Shown here: positions 1-11,135 of the stretch, piece by piece | How the letters are laid out: each line of letters opens with the position of its first letter | Position numbering within the stretch: position 1 is the first letter of the stretch | DNA from: Anaeromyxobacteraceae bacterium | GTDB lineage: Bacteria > Myxococcota > Myxococcia > Myxococcales > Anaeromyxobacteraceae | Length of the DNA stretch: 64,000 nucleotides | Assembly: GCA_032654565.1 (NCBI GenBank) | Contig: JAULAX010000015.1 | Coordinates: forward strand, 704,001 to 768,000 | Reading direction: 5' to 3' | Made by a program: the position numbers and the translations under genes | Notes under the pieces: model-generated | The model's input: only the letters and a program-made list of their open reading frames with translations | What the model was told of the DNA's origin: nothing | The model's database searches: none

Positions 1-1962
<1,962 letters not shown>

Positions 1963-2045
1963 GCGGGACCGGGGGCGGGCCGGACCGGCCACGACTTTGA
2001 TCCGGGCCCGGGCTTGAGGCAGACTGCCCGGACCCGCTCCCCCCC

Positions 2046-3287
2046 ATGGCACCTCGACCGACCCTCATCTCGCTGGCCCTCGCCGCCGGCTGCACGCTGG
2101 CCCTGGCGACGGCGCTGGCGCAGTCGCCCCCCGAGGCTTCTCCGGATGCCACGGCCGCCGCCTCCCCGGCCGCGCCGGTGCCGCCGGCCCGACCCCGCGC
2201 CGCCGCGGTGCTGGGGGTCCGCCACCTCGACGCCGCCACCGGCCGCTACCAGGCCAGCTACGGCGACGGCGAGGCGGTGCTGACGCTCGACGCCCGGCTG
2301 CAGAAGCGGCTGGAGCGGACCCTGGCCGACTGGAACGCCGCCTACGCCGCCACCGTGCTGCTCGACCCGCGCACCGGCCGGGTGCTGGCCATGGCCGAGC
2401 ACTCCCGCGCCGAGCCCGGCGCCCGGGACCTCGCGCTCAAGGCCCTCTCGCCGGCCGCCTCCATCTTCAAGATCATCACCGCGGCCGCCCTGCTGGAGCA
2501 GGGCTACTCGCCGGAGGAGCCGGTCTGCTTCCACGGCGGCAACCACCGGCTGGCGCCGCGCATGCTGGCCGACGACTGGCGCCGGGACAACGCCTGCCTG
2601 CCCCTCGCCACCGCCTTCGGCCACAGCGCCAACGTGGTCTTCGCCAAGCTGGCCGACCGCGGCCTGACGCCGGAGGTGCTGCGGGCCACCGCCGACCGCT
2701 TCCTCTTCAACGCCACCATCCCGTTCCCCTCCCCGGTGGAGCCCTCGCGCGCCGAGATCCCCGCCGACCGCTTCGGCCTCGCCAACACCGCCGCCGGCTT
2801 TGGCGAGGTGCGGCTCTCGGCGCTGCACGCCGCCATGCTGGGCGCGGTGGTGGCCAACCGCGGGGTGCTGGTGCCGCCCTGGGTGGTGGAGCTGGTGCAG
2901 GGGAGCGAGCCGGCGCCGCCGCTGGCCGAGCCCATGCGGATCATCGACGAGCGGGTGGCCGAGGCGCTGGGCGCCATGATGCGCGAGACGGTGACCCGGG
3001 GCACGGCCCAGAAGGCCTTCGCCCGGCCGCCGCGGGAGCTGCGCGGCGTCAAGGTGGCCGGCAAGACCGGGTCGCTCAACGAGCAGCGGCCCTTCCGCGA
3101 CCACACCTGGTTCGTCGGCTACGCCCCGGCGGAGAACCCGCAGGTGGTGGTGGCCAGCGTGGTGGTCAACGGGCCGCTCTGGCGGGTGCGCGCCCCCTGG
3201 GTGGCGCGCGAGGCGCTGGCCGCCTACTTCGCCGACCACGTCGCCGAGGCGACCGTGGTCGAGCCGCGCCGGCTCGCCGCCCGCTGA
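2046..3287 (+). CDS. Penicillin-binding protein, transpeptidase domain, with signal peptide
   Basis: SxxK (SIFK), SxN (SAN) and KTG motifs; hydrophobic N-terminus. Confidence 0.88.
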   Translation: MAPRPTLISLALAAGCTLALATALAQSPPEASPDATAAASPAAPVPPARPRAAAVLGVRHLDAATGRYQASYGDGEAVLTLDARLQKRLERTLADWNAAYAATVLLDPRTGRVLAMAEHSRAEPGARDLALKALSPAASIFKIITAAALLEQGYSPEEPVCFHGGNHRLAPRMLADDWRRDNACLPLATAFGHSANVVFAKLADRGLTPEVLRATADRFLFNATIPFPSPVEPSRAEIPADRFGLANTAAGFGEVRLSALHAAMLGAVVANRGVLVPPWVVELVQGSEPAPPLAEPMRIIDERVAEALGAMMRETVTRGTAQKAFARPPRELRGVKVAGKTGSLNEQRPFRDHTWFVGYAPAENPQVVVASVVVNGPLWRVRAPWVAREALAAYFADHVAEATVVEPRRLAAR

Positions 3288-3398
3288 GCTCCGGCCACCG
3301 CGCCCGGCCCACCGCGCCGGCCGCCGTCTCCCGCCCGGCCTTCACCCCCGCGTTCTGGGCTTGCCTCCCCGCCGCGCCGCGGTCATGGTGCGCCCCCT

Positions 3399-3989
3399 AT
3401 GAACAAGATCGTCATCGGCTTCATCGTGGTGGGGCTGATCATGGTGGCCATCCCCATCTCCCTGGCCTGGAGCGGCACCCGCCGCCGGCCGCGGGTGGAG
3501 CGGGTCAACGGCGTGGCCGAGCTGCGCATGCCGAGCGGCCACTGGGCCATCCTCGGGGTGCTGGCCTTCCTGCCCGGCGCCGCCATCACCGGCCTGGCGG
3601 TGGCGGTGGAGTGGGCCCCGGGCGCCGAGGTCGGCCGCTGGATCCTGGCCACCTTCTTCGGGGTGGCCGCCCTGATCGCCAGCGGCTACCTCGTCGCCCT
3701 CGAGGTGCGCGGGCGGCTGCGCTTCAGCGACACCACCATCGAGCGGTTCGGCGCCGTCTCGCACCTCACCGCCCGCTGGGGTGACGTGGAGAAGCTCACC
3801 TTCAACCCCATGAACAACTGGTTCTTCATGACCCTGAAGACCGGCCAGCGGATCTACGTGACCGAGGGGACCAACGGGCTGGCCGACTTCGGCGAGCTGG
3901 CGCTCAAGCACCTCCCGAAGCCGGTGCTGGACGCCAGCCCGGAGGCGGTCGAGGCCCTCGAGGACGCCGCCACCCTGCAGGGGAAGTAG
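3399..3989 (+). CDS. Hypothetical membrane protein (about 3 TM segments plus soluble C-terminal domain)
   Basis: 196 aa ORF with host-like high GC3 and three hydrophobic stretches. Confidence 0.75.
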   Translation: MNKIVIGFIVVGLIMVAIPISLAWSGTRRRPRVERVNGVAELRMPSGHWAILGVLAFLPGAAITGLAVAVEWAPGAEVGRWILATFFGVAALIASGYLVALEVRGRLRFSDTTIERFGAVSHLTARWGDVEKLTFNPMNNWFFMTLKTGQRIYVTEGTNGLADFGELALKHLPKPVLDASPEAVEALEDAATLQGK

Positions 3990-4016
3990 GGACCGCAAGG
4001 ACCGCCCGGGCCCTGG

Positions 4017-4514
4017 TCAGCGCCGCCGCCTCGCCTCGAAGAAGGTGGCCACCGGGACCCCCAGCGCCCGGGCCACGCGCTGCAGCGTCTCGAGCCGCGG
4101 CTGGTGCCGGGCAGCCTCGAGCCGGGCGTAGTTGGAGCGGGCCATCCCGGCCGCGGAGGCCACCGCCATGGCGGTCCGGCCCGACGCCCGGCGGAGCTCC
4201 CGGATGCGGGCGCCGACCGGGCCGGTGGACCTGGACCGCGAGGCGAGCTCCCGCCGGAACGCCGGCTCGCAGGCCGCCAGCACGCGCTCCACCGGGAGGT
4301 CGATGAACTCCCCCCCGCTCAGCCCGAGCACCACCACCCGGGCGTCGGGGCCCGGCTCGGCGAGGAGCCCCCGCCAGCCGGCGCCGAGCCTGGTGAGGGC
4401 CACCCGGTAGGCCTGCCCGCCGCGGAAGCGGAGCTCCAGCTCCCCTCCGCCGGGAGCCACCCTGGCCATGACCAGGTCGAGGCCGCCGGGCTCACGCCAG
4501 AATGGATCGGTCAT
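4017..4514 (-). CDS. XRE-family HTH transcriptional regulator with extra N-terminal domain
   Basis: C-terminal GARIRELRRASG...SNYARLE...PRLETLQRVARALGV is a typical HTH_3 domain. Confidence 0.85.
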   Translation of the reverse strand: MTDPFWREPGGLDLVMARVAPGGGELELRFRGGQAYRVALTRLGAGWRGLLAEPGPDARVVVLGLSGGEFIDLPVERVLAACEPAFRRELASRSRSTGPVGARIRELRRASGRTAMAVASAAGMARSNYARLEAARHQPRLETLQRVARALGVPVATFFEARRRR

Positions 4515-4648
4515 GGTTCACGCCCGATGCGGACGCGGAGGGGCGCGGCCCCGGGGTGCCGAGGCATGGTGGAAACTGGACGCGAATCCCGCTCGACCCC
4601 TGGATCGAGAGCTGGATCGAGTGGGCCCGGGGTCACCGACATCGCCTC

Positions 4649-4670
4649 ATGTTATCACGCGTGATAACAT
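4649..4670. promoter_or_regulatory. Perfect 22-bp palindrome ATGTTATCACGCGTGATAACAT (putative operator)
   Basis: Exact self-complementary AT-rich sequence about 135 bp upstream of the XRE gene. Confidence 0.65.
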
Positions 4671-4799
4671 CCCGACATCGAGGGGCAGGACCCGAGGGCC
4701 TGCCTGCCTGCTTGCCCGACCGTCGAGCCTGGCGCCCCAGACCGTGGCGCCGGAGCCCGGGGAGCTCACCGCCCCGCAGGCCGGCCTGCCCGGCCCCCC

Positions 4800-5060
4800 C
4801 TACTTCTTGGCCGCCTTCACCTCGATGGTGGCGGCGGTCATGCGGTACTCGATGGTGACCTTCTCGCCCTTCTTGAGCTCGCCGGTCACCTTGGTGTCGG
4901 CGCTGCGGGCGATCTCCCACCGCTCGGTCCCCTTCTGCACCACCACGGTGTCGGCGGTGACCTCGAGCACCGGGCCGGTCACCTGGTAGGTCTTGGGCTG
5001 CGCCGCCTGGGCGGTGGCGGCGAGGGCGGCGAGGGCGAGGACGAGGGCGAGGCGCTTCAT
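4800..5060 (-). CDS. Small secreted hypothetical protein (beta-rich, possibly OB-fold)
   Basis: Signal peptide MKRLALVLALAALAATAQA; AAGGAG RBS; high GC3. Confidence 0.8.
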   Translation of the reverse strand: MKRLALVLALAALAATAQAAQPKTYQVTGPVLEVTADTVVVQKGTERWEIARSADTKVTGELKKGEKVTIEYRMTAATIEVKAAKK

Positions 5061-5273
5061 GGCGGTGCTCCTTCAGGGTGGCCGGGATTGGCGGGCCGAT
5101 GCTGCCACGAGCCGGCGGCCCCGGTCCACGCCGCGGGTGGGGTGCGCCGCCTCCCCGCCTGGGAGGGAGGGTGGCCGGCGGCGGGTGCGCGGGCGGCCAG
5201 AAGAAGGCGTGGCGGGAGCCTTCCCAAGTGAACATATACCTTCCCACCCGCCCACCGGCCCGGAGCCACCACC

Positions 5274-7580
5274 ATGATCAGCGACGAGATCCGCACCACC
5301 TTCCCCGGGCTGTTCGGCGTCAAGCGGGTCAACGGCCGCGAGCTCGACGTCGACCAGACCATCGAGACCCTGGCCCGCGAGCTGGAGCCCGGGATCGCCG
5401 CGGCCCTGGCGGCGCGCCGGGCGCTGCTCCAGTCGCCGGCGCCGGTGCGGAGCAAGTACGCCTGGGCCGGCTGGGACGAGACCTTCGAGGACCCGCTGGG
5501 CGGCGCCCCCTGGACCTTCCGCCAGATCGTGCAGGGGCTGGTCGACAACTTCCTCGGGCGCGACACCCCGCGGCGCTGGCGGCTCAACGAGCAGGTGCCC
5601 ATCCCCGCGCACGTCCACCCCGCGCGCAACCCCGGCCTGGAGCTGACCGGGCCGTGGGATCCGCTCGACATGGCCTTCAACGCCCTCAACAGCCCGGCCC
5701 CCATGAACATGCCGGACTTCGAGGACGCCTCGCCGCCCCACTTCCGCCCCGACGGCGCCCCGGCCGGCCAGCCGGTGGCGGTCTTCTCGGCGCTGCAGAA
5801 CGCCACCGAGATCTTCGAGGGGCGCTGGACCGGCAAGCCCTACGAGGTGGTGAAGAAGGGGAAGCCCCGCAGCTACCGGATCACCACCCCGCCGGCGAAG
5901 TGGCCGACGCGGCTGGCGCGGCCGCCCAGCCTGCACGTCCGCTACGACCAGGTCACGGTGGACGGCCGGCCGGCCCCCGGGCTGGTGGTGGTCACCACCC
6001 TCTGGACGCTCAACAACCACGAGGCCCTGGTGGGCGCCGGCAGCGGCGTCTACTTCTACATCCCCAAGCTGCAGACCCCGGCCGAGGCGCTGGTGGTGGA
6101 GCGGCTGCTCTCCCGGCTGGAGGGGCTGATCGGCGTCCCCGCCGGCACCATCAAGATCAAGATGCTCTACGAGGAGGGGAACGCCGGCCGGCAGCTCCCC
6201 GCCATCGCCTGGGTGCTGCGGCGCCGGCTGCTCGGCACCAACGTCGGCCGCTGGGACTACCTGGGGAGCCTCATCGAGCTCTGGAAGGACGACCCGCGGG
6301 GCACCTTCCCCGACCCGCAGTCGATCGGCATGGCCACCCCCAACATGATCGCCTACCAGCGCTACAACGCGCTGCTCATGCTGATGGCCGGCATGAAGGA
6401 CGGCGAGCTCACCCACGCCGCGCCCATCGGCGGCATGGCCGCGGTGATGATCTACCCGGACGGCGATCCCTACGGCCGGGCCCGCTACAACCCGCTGGCG
6501 CTGCGGGCCATGGTGGTCGACAAGCTGCGCGAGCGGCTGCTGGGGCTCTTCTTCGTGCCCGACGGGCCGCTGCCGCCGGGCCGCCAGCCCAGCCTCGCCG
6601 AGATCCTCTCCGGCCAGGTGAAGGGGCGGCTCCACGACGCCTACCGCCAGAGCTGGGTGGCCAGCCCCGAGGCCGAGTACGTCAAGGCCGGCAACCTGCC
6701 GCTGCAGGCCGAGGTGGGCCGGCTCCAGGCCCTCCTCGACGCGCCCCGGGCCACCGTCGACGTCAAGGGGCGGCCGGTGCCGACCCCGCAGAGCGGCCTC
6801 TCCGACGCCGAGCGCGCCCTGCTGCAGTCGCGCGGCCTGCTCGGCCCCGGCGGCCAGATCACCCCGCTGGTCCTGACCCGGGAGCAGCTCGACACCCCGG
6901 AGAAGCTGCTCACCCCGGAGCGCTGGGAGGCCATCTACGCCCCGCCCCAGGGCGAGGTGACCATCGAGCACATCCAGCACGCCCTCTACATGGCCGGCAA
7001 CTACGGCTTCCAGATCCTCAACGGCAACTTCGCCGCCGCCATCGACGACTACGAGCAGGGGCTGCGGTTCATGAACGACCTGGCCACCTACCGCATCAAC
7101 GTCTCCTGGCTCTGGGCGCTGCTCCACCACCAGTCGGAGATCACCCGCGACGGCCACCTGCTCCGCCAGGCCCTCACCGAGGACGGGGTGGTGCTGGGGG
7201 CCAAGGCCCGCGAGATCAAGGCCGGGACCCGCTTCACCCCGGCGCTCTTCGACGAGGTCTGGGAGGCGCACAACGAGTGGACGGCGGCCTTCTTCGCCGA
7301 GCTCGACCGCCGCGGCGATCCCGGGCGGTTCGACCGGAGCAAGGCGCCGCTGATCATGGACCTGCTGCGGCGGCAGCTGCGCTCGCCCCGCTACATCCAG
7401 CACAGCGCCCGGGCCCTCTTCGCGGTGGCCCAGGCCGGCCCGGCCCGGCGCGGCCCGCTGCTCGACGCCATCTTCAGCCCCTCCCGCGAGGCGCTGGTGG
7501 CCAGCGTCCAGGCCGGCACCGCCGACCGGGCCGCCCTGGCCATCCACGACCAGGTGCACGACCAGTCCGGGCCCGGCTAG
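5274..7580 (+). CDS. Malate synthase-like protein
   Basis: Motifs MPDFEDAS, YFYIPKLQ, NVGRWDYL, PIGGMAA, DKLRE, MNDLATYRI. Confidence 0.85.
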   Translation: MISDEIRTTFPGLFGVKRVNGRELDVDQTIETLARELEPGIAAALAARRALLQSPAPVRSKYAWAGWDETFEDPLGGAPWTFRQIVQGLVDNFLGRDTPRRWRLNEQVPIPAHVHPARNPGLELTGPWDPLDMAFNALNSPAPMNMPDFEDASPPHFRPDGAPAGQPVAVFSALQNATEIFEGRWTGKPYEVVKKGKPRSYRITTPPAKWPTRLARPPSLHVRYDQVTVDGRPAPGLVVVTTLWTLNNHEALVGAGSGVYFYIPKLQTPAEALVVERLLSRLEGLIGVPAGTIKIKMLYEEGNAGRQLPAIAWVLRRRLLGTNVGRWDYLGSLIELWKDDPRGTFPDPQSIGMATPNMIAYQRYNALLMLMAGMKDGELTHAAPIGGMAAVMIYPDGDPYGRARYNPLALRAMVVDKLRERLLGLFFVPDGPLPPGRQPSLAEILSGQVKGRLHDAYRQSWVASPEAEYVKAGNLPLQAEVGRLQALLDAPRATVDVKGRPVPTPQSGLSDAERALLQSRGLLGPGGQITPLVLTREQLDTPEKLLTPERWEAIYAPPQGEVTIEHIQHALYMAGNYGFQILNGNFAAAIDDYEQGLRFMNDLATYRINVSWLWALLHHQSEITRDGHLLRQALTEDGVVLGAKAREIKAGTRFTPALFDEVWEAHNEWTAAFFAELDRRGDPGRFDRSKAPLIMDLLRRQLRSPRYIQHSARALFAVAQAGPARRGPLLDAIFSPSREALVASVQAGTADRAALAIHDQVHDQSGPG

Positions 7581-7602
7581 GCCGGACCGGGCGCGGCGCC
7601 GC

Positions 7603-9870
7603 TCACCAGCAGGCCTTGCGCTCCAGCAGCGAGCAGGCGGCGTCGCCGTCCACCGGGGGCGAGAAGAAGTAGCCCTGGGCGGCGCTGCAGCCCACCTCGC
7701 GCAGGAACTTGAACTGGTCGGCGGTCTCCACGCCTTCGGCCACCACCGGCTTCCCCATGTCGCGGGCCACCGTCATGATGGTGCGCACCAGCTCGGGGGC
7801 CTCGCCGCGCGGCGCGCCGCCGGAGAAGAGCGAGCGGTCGATCTTGACCGAGTCGCACTCGAACTGGTGGAGCGAGCGGAGCGACGAGGAGCCGGAGCCG
7901 AAGTCGTCCATCAGCAGCCGCACCCCGCGGCCGTGCAGCTGGGCCAGCCGGCGCGGCGAGTCCTCCGACTGGCGCAGCACGCTCTCGCTCAGCTCCAGGG
8001 CCAGGTCGGCCGGCTCCATCTTGTGCTCCTTGACCACGTCGTCGATGTTGTCGAGCAGGTCGCCCTGGAGCAGCTGCTTGGAGGAGAGGTTGACGTGGAG
8101 CATGAGCCGCTTGGCCGAGGAGGCGGCGCGGCAGCGCTGCAGGTCGCGCCCGGCCTGCTGCAGCAGCCAGCGCCCGATGGGGACGATCAGGCCGGTCTCC
8201 TCGGCGAAGGGGACGAACTGGTCGGGGGCCATCATGCCGCGCTTGGGGTGGGCCCAGCGGACCAGCGCCTCCAGCCCCTGGATCAGCCCGGTGGCCACGT
8301 CCACCACCGGCAGGTACTGGATGCGGAACTCCTGCCGCTGCAGGGCGTTGCGCAGGTCGGTCTCCAGGTCGAGGAGCTGCGGGGTGCGCTCGCGCAGGTT
8401 GCCGTCGAAGACCACGACGCGGGCCCGCCCCTGGGCCTTGGCCCGGTACATGGCGGTGTCGGCGTCGAGCAGCAGGTCCTCGGGGCGGCCGTAGGCCGGC
8501 GAGGAGACGGCGATGCCGACGCTGACCGTGGAGAAGACCTCGCGCGGCCCCACCAGGAAGGGCAGCGAGGTGGCCATGCGGATGCGCTCGGCCACCGCCT
8601 CGGCGTCCACCACCCCCTTGACGTCGTCGACCAGGACGGTGAACTCGTCGCCGCCGAGGCGGGCCAGGGTGTCCCCCTCGCGCAGGCAGGTCTGCAGCCG
8701 CCGCGCCGTCTGCGCCAGCAGGTCGTCGCCGGCGGCGTGGCCGAGGCCGTCGTTGACCGACTTGAAGTGGTCGAGGTCGAGGAAGAGGACGGCGAAGGCG
8801 TAGCCCTCGCGCCGCCGGGTGCGGGCGAAGCAGCGCTTCATCAGGTCGAGGAACATGGCCCGGTTGGGCAGCCGGGTGAGCGGGTCGTGCAGGGCGTCGT
8901 GCACCACCCGGTCGGCGGCGGCCCGCCGCTCGGTGACGTCCATCATCGAGCCGCAGAGCCGGACCGCCTTGCCGGCCGGGTCGCGCACCGCCCCGGCCCG
9001 GGCCAGCACCCAGCGCCAGTCGCCGCCCTCGTGGCGGAGCCGGTGCTCGCACTCGAAGCGCTCCGACCCGCCCGCCAGGTGGGCCCGCACGGCCGACTGC
9101 ACCGCCTCGCGGTCCGCCGAGTGGATGCGGTCGAGCCAGTCGCCGGGCGCCCCGGTGCCGTGGGGCAGCCCCACCAGCTGCAGCCAGGTGTCGGAGAGCC
9201 AGAGCCGGTCGGCGCGCAGGTCCCAGTCGAAGAGGCCGTCGCCGGTCCCCTGCCAGGCCACCGCGTAGCGGTCGTCGGAGGCGAAGGGCTCGCGCACCAG
9301 GACGGCGGCGCCCAGCGGCTGGCCGTCCTCGCCCGGCAGCGGCACCACCGTCCACTCGTCGAGCCGGGCCTCGCCGGACTTGCTGGCGGCGACGCGCAGC
9401 GACTGGTCCACCTCGCCGCGCTCCAGGAGCCCCTGCAGCTCGCGCCGCAGCGCCGCCCGGTCCACCTCGGGGAAGAGCAGGTCGCCGAGCTCGCGCCCCA
9501 CCGCCTCCCTGGCGCGGTAGCCGAACTGCCGCTCGGCCGAGCCGTTCCAGGCCAGCACCTCGAGCCGGGGATCGCAGATGAAGGCGGCGAAGGGGGCCCG
9601 CTCGAAGAGCTGGCGCCGCAGGCGGCCCATGGCCCCGGCGCGGGGGCGCGGCGCCGCCGGCTCGGTCGGGGCCAGGGCGGGCGCCGGGGCCGGGGCGGTC
9701 CGGCCGGCCAGGTCGACCACCAGCGCCAGGGCGTGCTGCAGCGCCGCGTGGTCCTGGTCGGCCCGGCGGTACTCCGCCTCCACCTCGGCCCAGAGCCGCT
9801 CCAGCGCCGGGCGCTCGGCCGCCGAGGCGGCGAGGTGGGCGTCGAGCTGGCGGCGGAGGCGGGGGTGCAC
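7603..9870 (-). CDS. PAS-PAS-GGDEF-EAL diguanylate cyclase/phosphodiesterase
   Basis: HDPLTRLPNR, RxxD I-site (REGD) five residues before GGDEF, EALVRW, DDFGSG, AEGVE, QGY. Confidence 0.95.
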   Translation of the reverse strand: MHPRLRRQLDAHLAASAAERPALERLWAEVEAEYRRADQDHAALQHALALVVDLAGRTAPAPAPALAPTEPAAPRPRAGAMGRLRRQLFERAPFAAFICDPRLEVLAWNGSAERQFGYRAREAVGRELGDLLFPEVDRAALRRELQGLLERGEVDQSLRVAASKSGEARLDEWTVVPLPGEDGQPLGAAVLVREPFASDDRYAVAWQGTGDGLFDWDLRADRLWLSDTWLQLVGLPHGTGAPGDWLDRIHSADREAVQSAVRAHLAGGSERFECEHRLRHEGGDWRWVLARAGAVRDPAGKAVRLCGSMMDVTERRAAADRVVHDALHDPLTRLPNRAMFLDLMKRCFARTRRREGYAFAVLFLDLDHFKSVNDGLGHAAGDDLLAQTARRLQTCLREGDTLARLGGDEFTVLVDDVKGVVDAEAVAERIRMATSLPFLVGPREVFSTVSVGIAVSSPAYGRPEDLLLDADTAMYRAKAQGRARVVVFDGNLRERTPQLLDLETDLRNALQRQEFRIQYLPVVDVATGLIQGLEALVRWAHPKRGMMAPDQFVPFAEETGLIVPIGRWLLQQAGRDLQRCRAASSAKRLMLHVNLSSKQLLQGDLLDNIDDVVKEHKMEPADLALELSESVLRQSEDSPRRLAQLHGRGVRLLMDDFGSGSSSLRSLHQFECDSVKIDRSLFSGGAPRGEAPELVRTIMTVARDMGKPVVAEGVETADQFKFLREVGCSAAQGYFFSPPVDGDAACSLLERKACW

Positions 9871-9871
9871 G

Positions 9872-10963
9872 TCAGGCCCGTGGCATGGGCCGGGCGCTCG
9901 GCCCCGGCCTGGCGATGAGGAAGCCCTGGACGAAGTCGGCGCCGCGCTGCCGCGCCCACTCCAGCTCCTGCGGCTGCTCGACCCCCTCGACGATGGTCTG
10001 GATGCCGAGGCCGCGGCCGATCTCCAGCAGCTTGCTGGCGATCAGGTCCTTGACGTGGTCGAGGTGCACGTCCTTGATCAGCTCGCGGTCGAGCTTGATG
10101 AAGTCGGGGCGCAGCCGGTGGACCAGGTTGAGCGTCGACCAGCCGGCGCCGAGGTCGTCGAGGGCCACCCGGAAGCCGTCGCGCCGGTAGCAGTCGAGCA
10201 CGTGGTCGAGGTGCTCGGCGTCCTCGATGCGATCGGCCTCGATGACCTCGAAGACGAAGCGCTGCGGCGCCAGCCCGGCGGCGTCGATGGCCGCCACCGT
10301 GGCCTTCAGGCAGCTCTCGGCGTCGTCCATCATGGCCGGCGAGAAGTTGATGAAGACGGTGACGTCGGCGGCCAGGTGGGCCGACTCGCGGATGGCGCAG
10401 CAGCAGGCGGCCAGGTCGAGCTGCTGGAAGAGGCCGGCCTCGCGGGCCCGCTGCAGGATGGAGAGCGGCTCCAGCGGCTTGCCGTCGCGGCCGCGGCCGC
10501 GCAGCAGGGCCTCGTGGGCGAAGACGTGGCTGGTGTCGAGGGCGTGGACGATGGGGTGGAAGTGGCTGGTGATGCCGCCGGTCTCGAACTGGTCGAGCAG
10601 CCAGCCGGTCTGCACGGCGACGTGCAACTCGTGCAGCGAGGTGATGCGGCCGAAGTCGTCGAGGGTGGGTGGCGCGTCGCCGGGCACGATCAGGGCCCGG
10701 GCCCGCCGGGCCTCGGCCTCGCCGAGGCCGGCCCCGAGGAGGAGCAGGCAGTCCTCCAGCCCGCCCCGGCCGAGCCGCACCTGCAGGCAGGCGCGCGAGG
10801 CGGTGGCCCGGTGCGCGGAAACGCGCAGAAGGTCGGTGGCGCGGGCCAGCGGCGCGGGGCTGGAGAACCAGAGGAGGAGAGATCCAACGGCAGTGAACGA
10901 ATCGGGTTGCGCCGCAGAGTTTGCGGGCTCTTCGGCCGCCTGGCGCCAGAGAAGTGGTTTCAC
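9872..10963 (-). CDS. EAL-domain c-di-GMP phosphodiesterase (start codon uncertain)
   Basis: HEALLR, FINFSP, DDLGAGWS, KLDR, EGVE and QGF motifs. Confidence 0.88.
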   Translation of the reverse strand: MKPLLWRQAAEEPANSAAQPDSFTAVGSLLLWFSSPAPLARATDLLRVSAHRATASRACLQVRLGRGGLEDCLLLLGAGLGEAEARRARALIVPGDAPPTLDDFGRITSLHELHVAVQTGWLLDQFETGGITSHFHPIVHALDTSHVFAHEALLRGRGRDGKPLEPLSILQRAREAGLFQQLDLAACCCAIRESAHLAADVTVFINFSPAMMDDAESCLKATVAAIDAAGLAPQRFVFEVIEADRIEDAEHLDHVLDCYRRDGFRVALDDLGAGWSTLNLVHRLRPDFIKLDRELIKDVHLDHVKDLIASKLLEIGRGLGIQTIVEGVEQPQELEWARQRGADFVQGFLIARPGPSARPMPRA

Positions 10964-11029
10964 TGGCGACCACGCTACCCATATGGGAGCGATATCGCAA
11001 TCAATCGGCCGGGGGGATAAACAGATCAT

Positions 11030-11047
11030 GTCCCGTGATCACGGGAC
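11030..11047. promoter_or_regulatory. Perfect 18-bp palindrome GTCCCGTGATCACGGGAC in a divergent promoter region
   Basis: Exact inverted repeat between the EAL gene (-) and the rhodanese gene (+). Confidence 0.5.
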
Positions 11048-11135
11048 GTTATCCATTCCGCGGCCAGGTCGGTCGGTCGACGAGCCGACGGCGCATCCCC
11101 GGAGCAGGCGTTAGACCTTGGCCAGGAGGCATTCC

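Noticed and set aside
4511..4642. 43-codon minus-strand ORF overlapping the XRE start (possible toxin or leader peptide)
   Set aside because: Codon usage is unlike the host, RBS spacing is poor and there is no recognisable motif.
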